From assembly GCF_009914755.1 (NCBI RefSeq), contig NC_060932.1: 64,000 bases of DNA; one strand, given 5' to 3'. Below, in pieces: positions 12,580 to 26,577 of this stretch. The stretch comes from the human T2T-CHM13v2.0 reference genome, Homo sapiens. How positions within the stretch are numbered: the stretch's first letter is position 1; each line of letters opens with the position of its first letter. Under the pieces are notes generated by a model. The model was not told where the DNA came from and made no database searches. It saw nothing but the letters and a program-made list of their open reading frames with translations. The position numbers were made by a program, and so were the translations under genes.

Positions 12580-13150
12580 AACATTCTATAGTGGGGAGCA
12601 TATAGATGGTGAGGAGCGTGAGGTCTGATGGTGGAGGTGGAATAGGTGCAGGAAGGAAGATGTTTTCAGTGGTTCCCGGAAAGTGTGTACAGGTTACACC
12701 TGCTGGTGTGAGTTCCTGGAAGGTCATGGAAGGGTGGCTGGCGTAATGCAGAGATGATTGCATGTGTACTCTATATGATGGTGGCTGCGTGGATAACAGT
12801 TCCCAGAATCCACTGCTAGCAGGGCTGACTTATTTCTGGAGACCAAGAAGGAAACATTCTGAGTTATTTTTATTTTTGGCACTAAATCCTTCAGAACATT
12901 TTTCCTTCCTCAATCTCTTAGCTGAAAATACTGGGGCTTTGTTTATTAAAAGAGTAAATTTAATGAAAAGCTATCACCAACAAGTTTTTTTCTTTTGCTG
13001 TAAATTTATAGAAGCAAAGAGTCTAAAAAGTGCACGTTGGAGCAGGAGAAGAATGTGGGCAGAGGAAGACAGAGGCATCGGGTTACTGCTGGTGGGCTTG
13101 CAGGGACATTGTGAGTTTGGAGCCTGTTTCACCCATCTTAGGAAGGTATG

Positions 13151-13472
<322 letters not shown>

Positions 13473-14772
13473 CTAGACCGACAGCCCCCAGCACCCAGCC
13501 TATTGCAAATGGTTTCTTTCACTTTTGCAAATCTGAACAAGCATGCTTGGGAGAAGGGCGAGGAGGCAGGGAAACTGGAGTCATGTTAAGACTACTCTCT
13601 GGAGGTTTCTGTTGTGCGTGTGCCATTCTGCCTTTTGGGTGATGTGGCTTAATGAGTCAAGCCCTGATGACTGATGCTGCTTTTCTTCCTCATCTTCCTC
13701 CTCCTCTTCCTCCTATTGAGTGAAAGTCACATAATATGAAAAAGCCATTTTAAAGTAAACTATTCCCTGTCATTTAGTACATTCCCAGTGTTGTGCACCT
13801 GCCACATCTCAGCCAAGCACCTTTGGAGGGGTGGGGCAGATACATTGGTGTCATTCTTCCTGGGGCCAAGTGACTGGGAATTCTTTTGCCAGGCTTTGTA
13901 GCAACTTTCTTTCCAAGGTGTAACTTAAGAGTAGGGGTTTTGGGGCTAGGCCTGGAGATGCCATGTTGATTGGAGATCTTGGACACGGTTGTGGGGATCC
14001 TCTTAGTGTGGATGAGAGGACAGAAAGGAGGGCATCCGAGCCTCCTGGTCTGTTCTAGGGTGTATGTGATTTAATGAGGGGTGACATACACGAGCTCCGT
14101 AAAGAACACGTAGAAGAGAAGTACAAATAAATGTTGTGTAATTCTTGTCTTCTGCATAGAGCTTTTTTTTAAAGATAACTTTTAAGTTTAACTCCTGGAA
14201 TGACTGGCAAGACCTAATGAAGGTAGAGTGGCAGCGGGTGGTGATGGTGGCAGTGATACAAATGTAGATGATTACCAGATTAGATAAGTGTCGTCAATCA
14301 CTGTTGAATACCTGCTCTATACAGAAGTTTGTACTGAACTGGGAGTTCTAGGAAAATAAAATACCTGATCTTGGGCTTGGGGAGCTGTGTTGGGATCTTG
14401 GTTAATGTCATTGTTGATTCTTGTAAATACGGAATCTGACCCCATATGGAGAAAATCATTTGCATATTTGAATGTTACTTTGGGGGGAACCCTGGCTTTT
14501 GATTTTTCCAGAAAAAAAATGTGATCCTACTGAGCAAAGCAGGCCACAGCTTTGAATTTCCTTCAGATGTATGAGTAGGTGGAAAGTAATGGTCAAGTCC
14601 TTCTTTTGAGTTGACTTTCAGTTTGGATTACTTGTTTGCGAGAAATCTCAGGCAGAACTTGTGAGGATGCTGGAAAAAGGAAATTCATTGTATATGAGGA
14701 TCTCTAAAAACTTCCCAAACGAATCAGCCTTTCCAAGGAAAAGAAATGCCTTTTCTTCAGGAGTCCTTACCT

Positions 14773-15065
14773 TTTTTTTTTGAGATGGGAGTCTCTCTCT
14801 GCCACCCAGGCTTGAGTGCAGTGATGCGATCTTGGCTCACTGCAGCTTCCGCCTCCTGGGTTCAAGTGATTCTCCTGCCTCATCTCCCAACTAGCTGGGA
14901 CTACAGGCATGTGCCACCACACCCAGCTAGTTTTTTTTGAATTTTTAGTAGAGATGGGGTTTCATCGTGTTGGCCAGCCTGGTCTCAATCTCCTGACCTC
15001 AAGTGATCCTCCTGCCTCGGCCTCCCAAAGTGCTGGGATTACAGGCGTGAGTCACCATGCCTGGC
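14773..15065 (-). mobile_element. AluS
   Basis: Antisense dimer; TSD agtccttaccttttt on both sides. Confidence 0.92.
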
Positions 15066-15689
15066 AGTAGTCCTTACCTTTTTTGTCATTTATAGACTTG
15101 CTCCCATCTGGGGAAGGATTCAAATCATCAGTCATTTCTGAACACCAAAGACTATATGAATGCTGACTCCAAAGACAGCATCCATTAAAGTGCATATCAT
15201 CATAATAAAAATATATGACTGCTGGATTTCTTTGCTGAGAGATGCTTTGAAGTACTCTTGTACTATTAGCATATTAAATGTTGAGAAAATTAAAGAGTTT
15301 AATTTTCTTAGATCCTCCTTATTCCTAAAATGAAGTCTATGCTATTAACATTGTATTAGTACTAGGTTATAGCAGTAGTGAATTTTAGGTCTCTAGAACA
15401 AGCCTCCCTCCCTTCCTCCTCACTCTTTCTGTCCTTCCCTCCTTTTTTCCTTTTTTTTTTTCTTTTTTTGAAAAGAAGGAATTTTTAAAAACGCAATGGA
15501 AAGGGAAAACATAAAACCAGAAAAATATTTCGCCTGGGTGCCGTTGTTTGACTTACCAACTTTATTATTGTTTTAATATGATTCTTGTTTTTCATGTCAT
15601 AAAGGTAATTGTGTTAATCATCACATCAGTCTCCCTATTTTTGGAGAAAAATAGAAGAGGTGACAATGTTGACGTTTTCTCATGTTGCA

Positions 15690-15860
15690 GAGACAGTGCT
15701 AAGTGCCTCCTAGGGGTGATCTTATTTAATCCCCACAGCAGCCCTAGGAAGTAGGTATTATTACTGTCTTTGCTTTCAGAAGGAGAAATTGACATTTAGA
15801 AATTAAGTGAATTCCCCAGAGTTAGAGAACTCTAGGATATCAGCCCCAAACCTCTGCTCT
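15690..15860 (-). mobile_element. MIR
   Basis: cttatttaatccccacagcagccctaggaagtaggtattattac matches the MIR core in reverse. Confidence 0.75.
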
Positions 15861-16812
15861 GACCCACCGTCACTTGGGTCTCAGTTAGGTTGCCATTGAT
15901 TTCCAGAGTACACCAGCTCACCTCCTCTCCCTTCATATTCTAAGTTCTGGGCAGACAGTCTGGTACTGCACAGGAGCTGCCCGTGCAGAGGTCAGCGGAG
16001 GTCATGGTCAGGTGGAGGTAAGGTGGGGAGAGCGCCATCAGGGGTCTCAGAGAAGGGTTCCCAGAAAGGCCACACTGTAGTTGAGTGTCAGAGGATGATT
16101 TCTAGTTAACCACCTGAAGAAGGGAGGTGGGTGGAGCATTTCAAGTTAGAATGCCATTTAAAAGGCAGGGAGCAGACAAAGACTTCAGCAGGCCTAGGGG
16201 TGGGCATGTGTGGGCACAGATGCGTTTTGCATTTAGAAATTATAGTAAGGGAGAGACTTCTTTGTTTAAATGGCATTCATGGACTGGTAGACACTTGCCA
16301 GTGACCCACTGGCCCATCAACTAGAGTTTTAAAAGCATTGTTCTAGCCTGTCCCTTTGTCATTGGGCTGGGCTCTCTTGAGACCTTGGAAGAGATTTATG
16401 GCTGGGAAAACGGAAGGGTAGTTTCACATGATTTGCTCAGACTCATAATCAAGTTATTGTTAAGCTGACAGAACACCTGCTCTGCAGAGCCATGTCTAAG
16501 CGTGCTGCTGGTCACTTTCACTATGTCGGAGTAGAGGGAGAAGAGGAGCATTGGTTATTCATTCTAACATCAGCCAGAGAGCCGCATGCCTCTGTAATCC
16601 CTAGGAATGTATTCCAGAACATCGATTTTCCCTGCTCTAAATCTTACCCTAATAGACCCTGCAATAAAGGCAAATTCGGATCTGACACAATTACCATTTT
16701 ATTGTGGGCTGTTTAAGTTTCACTATATTTACTTTATGCTTTTTTGTGTGTGACACTACTCACTGACTGAAAATGCCATTTTTATTAAATTTGCATTAAT
16801 GGAACACCGTAG

Positions 16813-17122
16813 TTTTTTTTTTTTTTTTTTTTTTTTTTGAGGCAGGGTCTCACTCTGTCACCCAGGCTGGAGTGTGCAGTGGCACAGTCACAGCTCACTA
16901 AAGCCTTGACCTTCTGGGCTCCAGTGATCCTCCCACCTCAGCCTCCCCAGTAGTTGGGACTACAGGTACATGCCACCATGCCCAGTTAGTTTTTATATTT
17001 TTTATAGAGACAGGATTTTGCCACGTTGCCTGGGCTGGTCTCAAATTCCTGGGCTCCAGCAGTCCACTCACCTTGGCCTCTCAAAGTGCTGGGATTACAG
17101 GTGTGTGCCACTGCGCCCAGCC
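16813..17122 (-). mobile_element. AluJ
   Basis: Diverged antisense dimer. Confidence 0.9.
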
Positions 17123-17189
17123 CTGGACCACCATGTCTTATGCACTTCATTTGTTGGACACCACTTACCGCACTATGACAGTGGTTTCA

Positions 17190-17687
17190 TTTTTTTTCTT
17201 TTTTTTTTGACTGAGTCTTGCTCTGTCATGCAGGCTGGAGTGCAGTGGCATGATCTTGGCTCACTGCAACCTCTGCCTCCTGGGTTCAAGTGATTCTCTT
17301 ACCTTAGCCTCCCGAGTAACTGGGACCACTATTTAGAAGAGTGATAAGTTTGTGGATAAAAAGTCTTTTCTTCATAGAAGAGGTGGAATACAGTATGATC
17401 TCTGTTCATATGAACACCTTATGCTCTTTTAAAAGTACTTTTTCCCCTTTATAAAAACTTATAGGCCAGGTGTGGTGGCTCACACCTGTAATCCCAGCAC
17501 TTTGGGAGGCCGAGGCGGGAGGATCACGATGCATACACCACTATGCCCGGCTAATTTTTGTATTTTTAATAGAGACGGGGTTTCACCACGTTAGCCACAC
17601 TGGTCTCGAACTGCTGACCTGAGGCAGTCTGCCTGCCTCATCCTCCCAAAGTGCTGGGATTATAGGCATGTGCCACCACGCCCGGCC
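17190..17687 (-). mobile_element. AluS interrupted by a 198-bp templated insertion (17332-17529)
   Basis: The Alu halves join across the insert; TSD ACAGTGGTTTC at 17178-17188 and 17692-17702. Confidence 0.9.
17332..17529 (+). repeat. Direct repeat, copy of 18122-18319
   Basis: Gap-free alignment at offset 790, 9 mismatches in 198 bp by manual count. Confidence 0.95.
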
Positions 17688-17889
17688 GACAACAGTGGTT
17701 TCTTGCATCTTATCATCATTTGAGTTTGTCTTCCCTTGCCTGCCAACTTATCAAAGTTTCCTCAATTACATTTAATCAAATCCTAGGAAGTACAAGGTAT
17801 TTTTAAGTCTTAGGTTATATTTTGTTTGTATTTGCTTTATAGATTGACTTGAAACAGTTGGGATTTTGTGTAGTTTTCAAATTGAAGCA

Positions 17890-18075
17890 TTATAATATGG
17901 TGGTTAGTTGCAAGAGCTCTTGGAGTAGACTGCTGGGCTCTAATCCCTGTGCCACTGCTTCTTAGTTATGTGACTTTAGGCATCATAATAGTTTGTGTTG
18001 GTTCTGAAGATTGAGTTATATGTGTTAAATGCTTAGAACAATGCTTGACACCTGGCAAGAGCTCAGTAGGAGTTT
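17890..18075 (+). mobile_element. MIR
   Basis: tggtggttag...tgggctctaatccctgtgccactgcttcttagttatgtgactttaggca and a 3' gcttagaacaatgcttgacac. Confidence 0.75.
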
Positions 18076-18253
18076 GCTGCTGTTTCCACCATTCCAGAAG
18101 GTACAAGAGTCTAAACATACTTTTAGAAGAGTGATAAGTTTGTGGATCAAAACTCTTTTCTTCATAGAAGAGGTGGAATACAGTATGATCTCTGTTCATA
18201 TGAACACCTTATGCTCTTTTAAAAATGCTTTTTCCCCTTTATAAAAACTTATA

Positions 18254-18586
<333 letters not shown>

Positions 18587-18779
18587 CTAAAGTAATCACT
18601 ACACATTTTGCTCTGTGTCTTTTAGCTTTGTTTCCTCCTTAAGCTTAGGTTTTAAAAATATGTAGTTATAATTGTATAAATAATTCAAATATTGATTTTT
18701 TAAACTTATGCTAACATGGATATAATTTCCTGTGATTAGTATTTATACAGTAATTAAAAATGCTTGCATAATAGTACAT

Positions 18780-19440
18780 CAAGGTGATTTTTCACCTTTG
18801 TTTATTTAACCTTGTGTTCTTTTTGTTTATCCAACCATTTGTGCTCTTGTTCCCAGTTTTTTTTGTGAGTGATTCTCTGATGACTGTATTTCTTTATAAA
18901 AACTCTTTTTTATTTGGGCAGTAATCCCCGAAGTAGAGTCATTGAGTCAAAGGCAAAAAATGTCATTAAATCTCAATGCACGTTTACGTTGCTTCCCATG
19001 AGGATGGGCACGTCAGATGCAAGATCTTTTTCACTGTACCTCCTCAACATTGGGTATCATCTATAAAATGCACTACCGTTTAATGGAAACAATATGTCAC
19101 TGGTGACTGAAGATTTTAACTAGTGGATGTGAACGTTTTCTTGTATAAATGTTGCCTAATTGTGTTGCTTCTTTTCTGAATCCTCTAATAACATCTTCTG
19201 GCATCATCTTGGTGGTTTTTCTTTTTTTTTTTTTAATCACAGTGTTTTATCAGTTTATATTAACTCTTCATATATAAAAGATAACCTTTTGTCTATCATA
19301 CTTAAGGCATTTTTTTCTAGCTTGTTCCCCTCTTTGCTTTAAAAACCTTTAACGTTTTGAAGTTTCAAATTTCATTCAGTATATTAATAGCTTCCTCTGT
19401 GATTTCTTCTAGAGCTTAAAAAAACCTCATAACATTTTTC
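18780..19440 (-). mobile_element. Ancient L1ME-type fragment
   Basis: Highly diverged L1 3' motifs (gtagagtcattgagtcaaagg; tcactgtacctcctcaacattggg). Confidence 0.5.
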
Positions 19441-19763
19441 TAAATACAGAGGTGACAGCGGGAATCACATAGTGATTCTTCACCCTTATAACTTTAACTG
19501 AAAATAAAAAAAGTGCTATCCATATGTGGATGGTAGATTCATTAGCAAAGCCCCCTTTTTCATAACCCCTCCCCAAACTGTCTCCTCTGTAAAATGTTTC
19601 TTGCTGATTTCTTCCAGGGAAAATAAAGCATGTATTTGCATATATTTTAACAGGAATGAGATCATGCTGTACTCCTTGTTCTGCACCTCGCATTTGATCA
19701 CTTCAAAATATATTTTTGAGATGCCTCCATATGAACAGTTAGAACCCTGTTATAGAAGATTAT

Positions 19764-19767
<4 letters not shown>

Positions 19768-19808
<41 letters not shown>
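19768..19808 (+). repeat. (TG)20 microsatellite
   Basis: Seen directly. Confidence 0.95.
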
Positions 19809-19811
<3 letters not shown>

Positions 19812-21468
19812 ATGTTATAGTATATCCTACAAATATAGCATAGTAGTCTACCAATGGATGTATTGTTCAGTCACACCTATACCGGCAGACCTTTGATCCT
19901 TTCCAGATTGTTAAACTAAGTACGTTCTCCACCTTCCAGAGGTGTAAGAAATACTCAGTTTTATTTCCTTCAGGGTTAATAATCCCTCTCTGTGCTCGGA
20001 ACACTCTTGAGATGCAATTAGAAAAAGACAAATCTCTAAATCAAAGTGGTGGGACCTAAAAAAAGCCTCGAGGGTTATGAAGGCTTCGCTTTGTGATTTG
20101 AAACAAGGTAATTTTTTTAAATTGGCTTTGGTGATGTGTATTGGAACACCATTGTTTTCAGCATAATTACGCATTTCACAGCTTAATTCAGCCATTACAC
20201 GTGATGCAGTGTTTAGACATAGCAATAATTACAAATTGTACATGTTTACAGATAGATATACCGCTGATCAAAATAAAACAGTGGCAGCAAGAATGATGTT
20301 CTGTCCATGTAAGAAATCAATGAAATATAATTAAGAACGAACTGTATCTCATTGACTCAAAACATTGCATCTGCCTTTCTGTCCCATCTGTTTTCTAAAC
20401 AAAAATCTTCCCGTGCTGCGTGGTTGTTTTTATTTGTATCCTAGAACCATCCTCTCGAGTTCCACACCGTTGTATTTTCTACACCTAAGCTTGGTGTGTT
20501 CTGCACAGGAAATGTTTCTTGGATGTTTTATCCTCATACCAAGTGGGAATTTAAAATTTAAGAGATTACCCACACTCTTTGCCTTTCTGTACATGTGATG
20601 AAGAAAGAGTGGGTGTAACCCAGCACTCTAAAATGTGTTTGACCTGTAAAAAAAAAAAAAAAAAAGTAAGCAATTAAATCCTGTTATAGTTGCTTCTGTG
20701 TTTAAAACATACTTAATGACGTATATATTTATTTGAAGCTAACAAAGTCCCCAGTCAGGTTCTTGGGAGTTTTTTTCACAGGACTCATTGAAGTGTTTGG
20801 TCTTTAAAATCCTTCATTTCATGCTAACTGCCAAGTCAATGCAGACAGTATGGCCGAACAGAGCTGGTCACATTTTCCCTGAACATGCTATTAAAAAATA
20901 TATTCACTGGGATTCTCTTGACTCATGGCATAGCTGAGGTGACTTTGATTCCGGAGGGCTATTGCTTATGAATTGCATGTGGAAGAACTAAAAATAGAAA
21001 TGTGAATTTTCCAAAAGAACACTATGATACCAAAAATGGCTCACTGGCTTGCCTAGAGCTGGGCTGTTTTGTGCCCAAGGTACAGTAATAAGAACTGGGA
21101 TGCAAAGCCCTGTAGGGTGCATCTGTCCCCTTCCCTGACACCCCTCACTCCCAGATGGCTCACGAGTGGCACTGCCCGGTTGTCTCCGTCTCACTCTTGC
21201 ACGATGTTCTGCTGCCTGTCTGGGATGGAGCAGGTGTTCTTTTGAATGTATTTGTTAAGCCTCTGAAATATATGCATTTCCCCCTCCCCAAGAAAAACAC
21301 ACATGTGCATGCTCTGTGCTTTTCCCTGGTTACTGTATTGTTCCCATCTTTTTTTTTATTTTTATTTTTTCCCTTGGAATAGGGAATATCCACTCATTTT
21401 CTATTTAGTCCCTTCAGGAATTTGCCTTAGGGGCTGTTGGGCCAGGCCTCACTGCAGCCAGCCAGAGC

Positions 21469-21544
21469 TTATCAGCTGTGTGTTAACCTCTCCCAGACAC
21501 TTCTTGAATGCTGTTCATGCATCCGAGCCTATGCATCTGAGCCT
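21469..21544 (+). repeat. 76-bp direct repeat, copy 1 (copy 2 at 22303-22378)
   Basis: Gap-free alignment at offset 834, 8 mismatches. Confidence 0.92.
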
Positions 21545-22302
21545 CCTCTGTGTAATGTGGTGCGGCATTAAAAGCTTACCCAAATAGCAGGGATGATTGC
21601 ATCTTGTTGATTACCAGGGCTGATAACATTTTCTTGCTTAGCTAAAAAGAAAAGCCAGATGACTGTTTCCAGGAAGTGATAAACTGCCATGCATCCGGCC
21701 CCAGGTGGTCCGCATGAAGGAAGCTGCAAGGTTGGAATCCTCCTGCCGTCCCCTTTTACAGTTCATAAATCTTCTGATTTATGGGGCCATTTGTGATTGC
21801 AGACACATTTATTCATGGGGGGATTTCCATCGAGATCATAACCCACTGTAAAGCAGGAGGAAGAATCAGGAATTAGAACGGTGTACATTCCTCTTTGTTA
21901 GAAAAGAATCCCGATTCTTTGGTCATAGACAAATATTTGCTTTTGAAGAATCTGGTGGTGTGTCGCTGGCTTTGTTCATATCCGTGCACAGTCACATGCT
22001 CCCTTGCCTCCCATGGACCCAGAAGCTTATGTTACACAGATCGTTTTATAATGCTTGCCATCCGGGCATGTTTATGCAAAGTGTGAATAACTTTTTGCCT
22101 TAGCCTCCTCTTCCTTCCTTCTCCCTCCTTTGATTTAGCTCATTTCTGGAATGGGGCAGATTTTCATCTCAGGGAGTTGATACGGTTTCCTAGGTAGGGT
22201 GACAGAACAAGTGTCACCTTAGCTGTAGCTAGAGATGAATATTGCCATGCAGCTTACTTGCTTTATATTAAACCAGCATTAGAGAAAGAGGCCTTGCATC
22301 TT

Positions 22303-22378
22303 TTATCAGCAGTATGTTAACCTCTCCCAGGCACTTCTTGAATGCCATTCATACATCTGAGCCCATGCATCTGAGCCT
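22303..22378 (+). repeat. 76-bp direct repeat, copy 2
   Basis: TTATCAGC...TGTTAACCTCTCCCAG...ATGCATCTGAGCCT shared with 21469-21544. Confidence 0.92.
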
Positions 22379-22553
22379 TGGATGTAATTAAATCAGTGGA
22401 TTAGGAAGTCGGGGGCCTGGACCTCTGGGAAGCCACTTGGCCTCCCTGGGCCTCAATTTCGTCTGTAAATAGGTAAAAATAATTCTAACAGTTCCCAAGC
22501 ATTTACACCTGCTATCAGAGTCTCCTTAGATGTTGTGAGGGGGAAATGAATGA

Positions 22554-22873
<320 letters not shown>

Positions 22874-23125
22874 GCAAGTAGTTTTTACCATATAATAAGG
22901 GCTCAGTAAACATTAGCTCTGATTACCATCATCCTGGTTTACAGATGAGGAGTGGAGACAGAGGAGGGCTAAGTCATATGGCCAGGGGCACACAGCATGT
23001 AGCAGAGCCCAGGTTGTCCTCAGGAACCTATGGTCTTTGCTGTCACCCTGTGCTGCTTCTCAGGAAGGCAATAGCTTGTCACCCATTAAAAATGGGTAGT
23101 TATTTGAATGAAAAGCAGAATAACC

Positions 23126-23219
23126 CCCGGAGGCAGAGGTTGCAATGAGCTGAGATTGCACCATTGCACTCCAGCCTGGGCAACAGAGTGACGCTCCTGT
23201 CACCAAAAAAAGAAAAAAA
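23126..23219 (+). mobile_element. Alu 3' fragment
   Basis: ggaggcagaggttgcaatgagctgag through to the A tail. Confidence 0.85.
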
Positions 23220-23641
23220 GTAAGGACTCCTTGTGTGAAATGCACATGGTTGCTTTTAACATTGCAGTACTGGACTATAAACATTTGCTGGGGATTGGCA
23301 GTGACCAGCCATGGGGCAGAGCATGGGGCATGGGAGGGGAGCAAGGCCTTGACCCCGGGAAGCTGCAGTCCAGGGAAGCAGTGTGGACAGTAAGCAGAGA
23401 TTTGCAGGGCTGTGTAATAAATTCCAGGAGAAAAAGATCTCCAGGGGCTCGGAGAGGCCTGCGGGATGGAATCTGTCTTGATCCACGTGTGTGTGTGTGG
23501 GGTGGTTAGATGGATGGGAGGTCTCCAGGGGAGGTGAGTCGTAGGGACTTTCTGTAAAACCAGGGCCCCTGACGTGTGATGGGCTGTACAAATTACTGGC
23601 AGCCCAACTATTCATTTATCAATGCACGTCTGTAAATATTT

Positions 23642-23969
23642 TTGTTTTCTTTTTAAACCTTTTTTGTTTTCCTGGGAGACAGAGTCTTGCTCTGTCATTT
23701 AGGCTGGAGTGAGGTGGCGCGATTTCAGCTTACCACAGCCTCAACTTCCTGGGCTCAAGCTATCCTTCCACTGCAGCCTCCCGAGTTAGCTGAGACTGTA
23801 GGTGCGTGCCACCATGTCTGGCTAATTTTTTTTTTTTTTTTTTTTTTTTTGTAGAGACAGGGTCTCACTATGTTGCCTAGGCTGGTCTTGAACTCCTGTG
23901 CTTAAGTGATCTGTGCATCTTGTCCTCCCGAAGTGCTGGGATTACAGGTTGAACCACTGTACATATCCC
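23642..23969 (-). mobile_element. AluJ
   Basis: Antisense dimer with an expanded middle T run; TSD tgtaaata. Confidence 0.88.
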
Positions 23970-26284
23970 GTGTAAATAACTTTTAGCCTATCTATTCACT
24001 AGCTAACACTTTTTCACCAGAAGGAACTTCTGGCATCTGGGTGTTAAGCTAAATTAAAGCCTGATGGTTTTTTTCAGAGGGTGAGAGGAAAATACTGAAG
24101 GGTCAAATGGGGAAATGTCAAATTTCCATTTTGTCAGCACACTCAGGGCAGCAGTGTGGAAGATGGATTTCAATGGAGTAAGAATGGAGTCAGAGGGACC
24201 ACTTAGAGGTAATTCAGACAATAATAAACAATAGAGGCCCCCAGGTAGGTCCTTGGGGATGAAGGCAATTGAGTCTTGGATGTTAATGAGGCAGAGTCCT
24301 GGGCCTCTCTCCTCCTAGCTCTGAGCTCTTGAACCTTCCCAGGCTCCGGTTTCCTCATCCATTAGACAGAAAGCATGACTGATTTAAGTGTATGTTTCAA
24401 GAAAAATTTTAACCACAGCGGGAAGAAGACTGCAGCATGTTTTAAAAAACAGAAAGCGGAAGTGATTTGATAAGATTAATTTCAACAGGACTGATGTGGA
24501 ACGGCTGCTAGCTTAATTGGTTTATTAGGGTCGTGTAGCCACCCTCTTATGATGGATACCAGGTGAATTCCAGGAGATATATAGTCTTAGGTTTGTAAGC
24601 AGTGCCATTTGCAGAGGAATAAGGTTCTTTATTTCTTAAATTTGGAAGGGTCTCATAGAAATAAGAGACTTTATAAATATCTAGTAACCTGTCACCGCTT
24701 TAAAATACCGCAAAGATAAATGATGCTGATTGTCGCGTGCTTGGCATGATGAATTATGTATGTAGCGTGCCCCGGAGTTCTTTATGGTTGTGCATAACGA
24801 ATCAGCTTTTGTTCTAGCTTATTTTCAGTGGTAGTGCTTGTAAAAGCAGAGGTCAAAGCAGATGCACTGAAGAGATGTGGTTGGTGCAGGATGATCGGGT
24901 TTTGCTATCCTGTTCTGTGCATTGCTTTTGTTTGTGCTTTGATTTTTCATTATCAACTTTGGGGAGGGTGGGAGAGCAGCCTTGTGGCATTAACAGCTGC
25001 ATGATGGCACAGAGCAGGCAGCGACTCTTCTTGGTTCATGCACCTCAAAAGCGGCCCTCTTTTTGCCTTCCTCCTCCTCCTCTCTGCACCTGCTTTGCAT
25101 AGCTGTTAACTACTTTTCCACCTAATAATAAAGGAAATTGAAATAAATGGTTAGGAACATGCCCATAATCTTTTTTCTCACTGACTTTCTCTAAACTCTA
25201 GACGAAACTAGAGAGGATTAAGAAATGTAAAACACAGCAGAGAATGTCTTTTTTTTCCTCTCCCTTTTTCTCTTCCCCTAGCAAAGATTTCTTTAGAATC
25301 TGAGTGAGATATCAGAGGTGCTGTTTGCATATGAAGTAGCGATGACTATGGGTGGAAGCCAGTTGTAAGGTTGCATAGTCATTTATAACTTCTTTCTATG
25401 TTAAGGTTACTACCGACTTTATGAGAGGAGCCTCCCAGACTCAGGTGTCATGCCTGACTCATGAGTAATTCATTAGAGAGGGCCCAAGCCATGTATTTCA
25501 TTGTGGGTTTGTGAGCGGCCTCATCTTCCATAAGATGCTCATTTGTTGGGCTGATCCAAGGCAAAGATCCGAGTAGTTGGGAGTAGCTCCAAATTGGGAT
25601 GAGCCCAGGCCTACTGTGCATATCTGTTTGGAAGGGCACATCTGTCTACCAAGGGCTGGTTCCAGTGTATTAGCCGAGTGGCACTAGGTAATCAGTTTAC
25701 AGTCAGTTTAAAAAAGTTGAGGCTATCCTTCTCGGTGATTAATTATGGCTTTTAGTTCATACTAGATTAAAAAAAATCTTTGCATCTTTGCAAGAATAAT
25801 CATTAACTTAGTTTGTCTATATTATTAGCCGAAAGATACAACACAGTGCTCATGCAGTGTAGAGAAATGAGATAACATCTAGAGTTTACATGTAAGTAGC
25901 TATTTGTCAGGATATTTATTCATTGATTCTAGATTCATAAAGCAGGAGTTTCCAGAGGCCTTGCAGCAAGGAATAAGCACCTGGGAGATTCAACTGAATC
26001 CCCCTCAGAGCCTGTGCGTTGGGAACTTGGTCTAGAAAATGGATCAGGTTTGTGCGCTATACCACTTATTATAATAAATGATAAAAGTCAGTCTGGACAG
26101 AGTGCCACAGAAGTTCAGGCGAGAAAGAGGATTCTTCCAACTGAGTGGGGCCATGGAAAAACTCGAGTTCCATTTATTAGCGGTAGGAAACACATGTTGA
26201 GAATGAAGAATGGAGTTAAACAATTGGTCTTTCCCTCAGATCCCAGGGTTTTTAACCTGTTACTAAAAAAGTATAGCAATTTAT

Positions 26285-26577
<293 letters not shown>

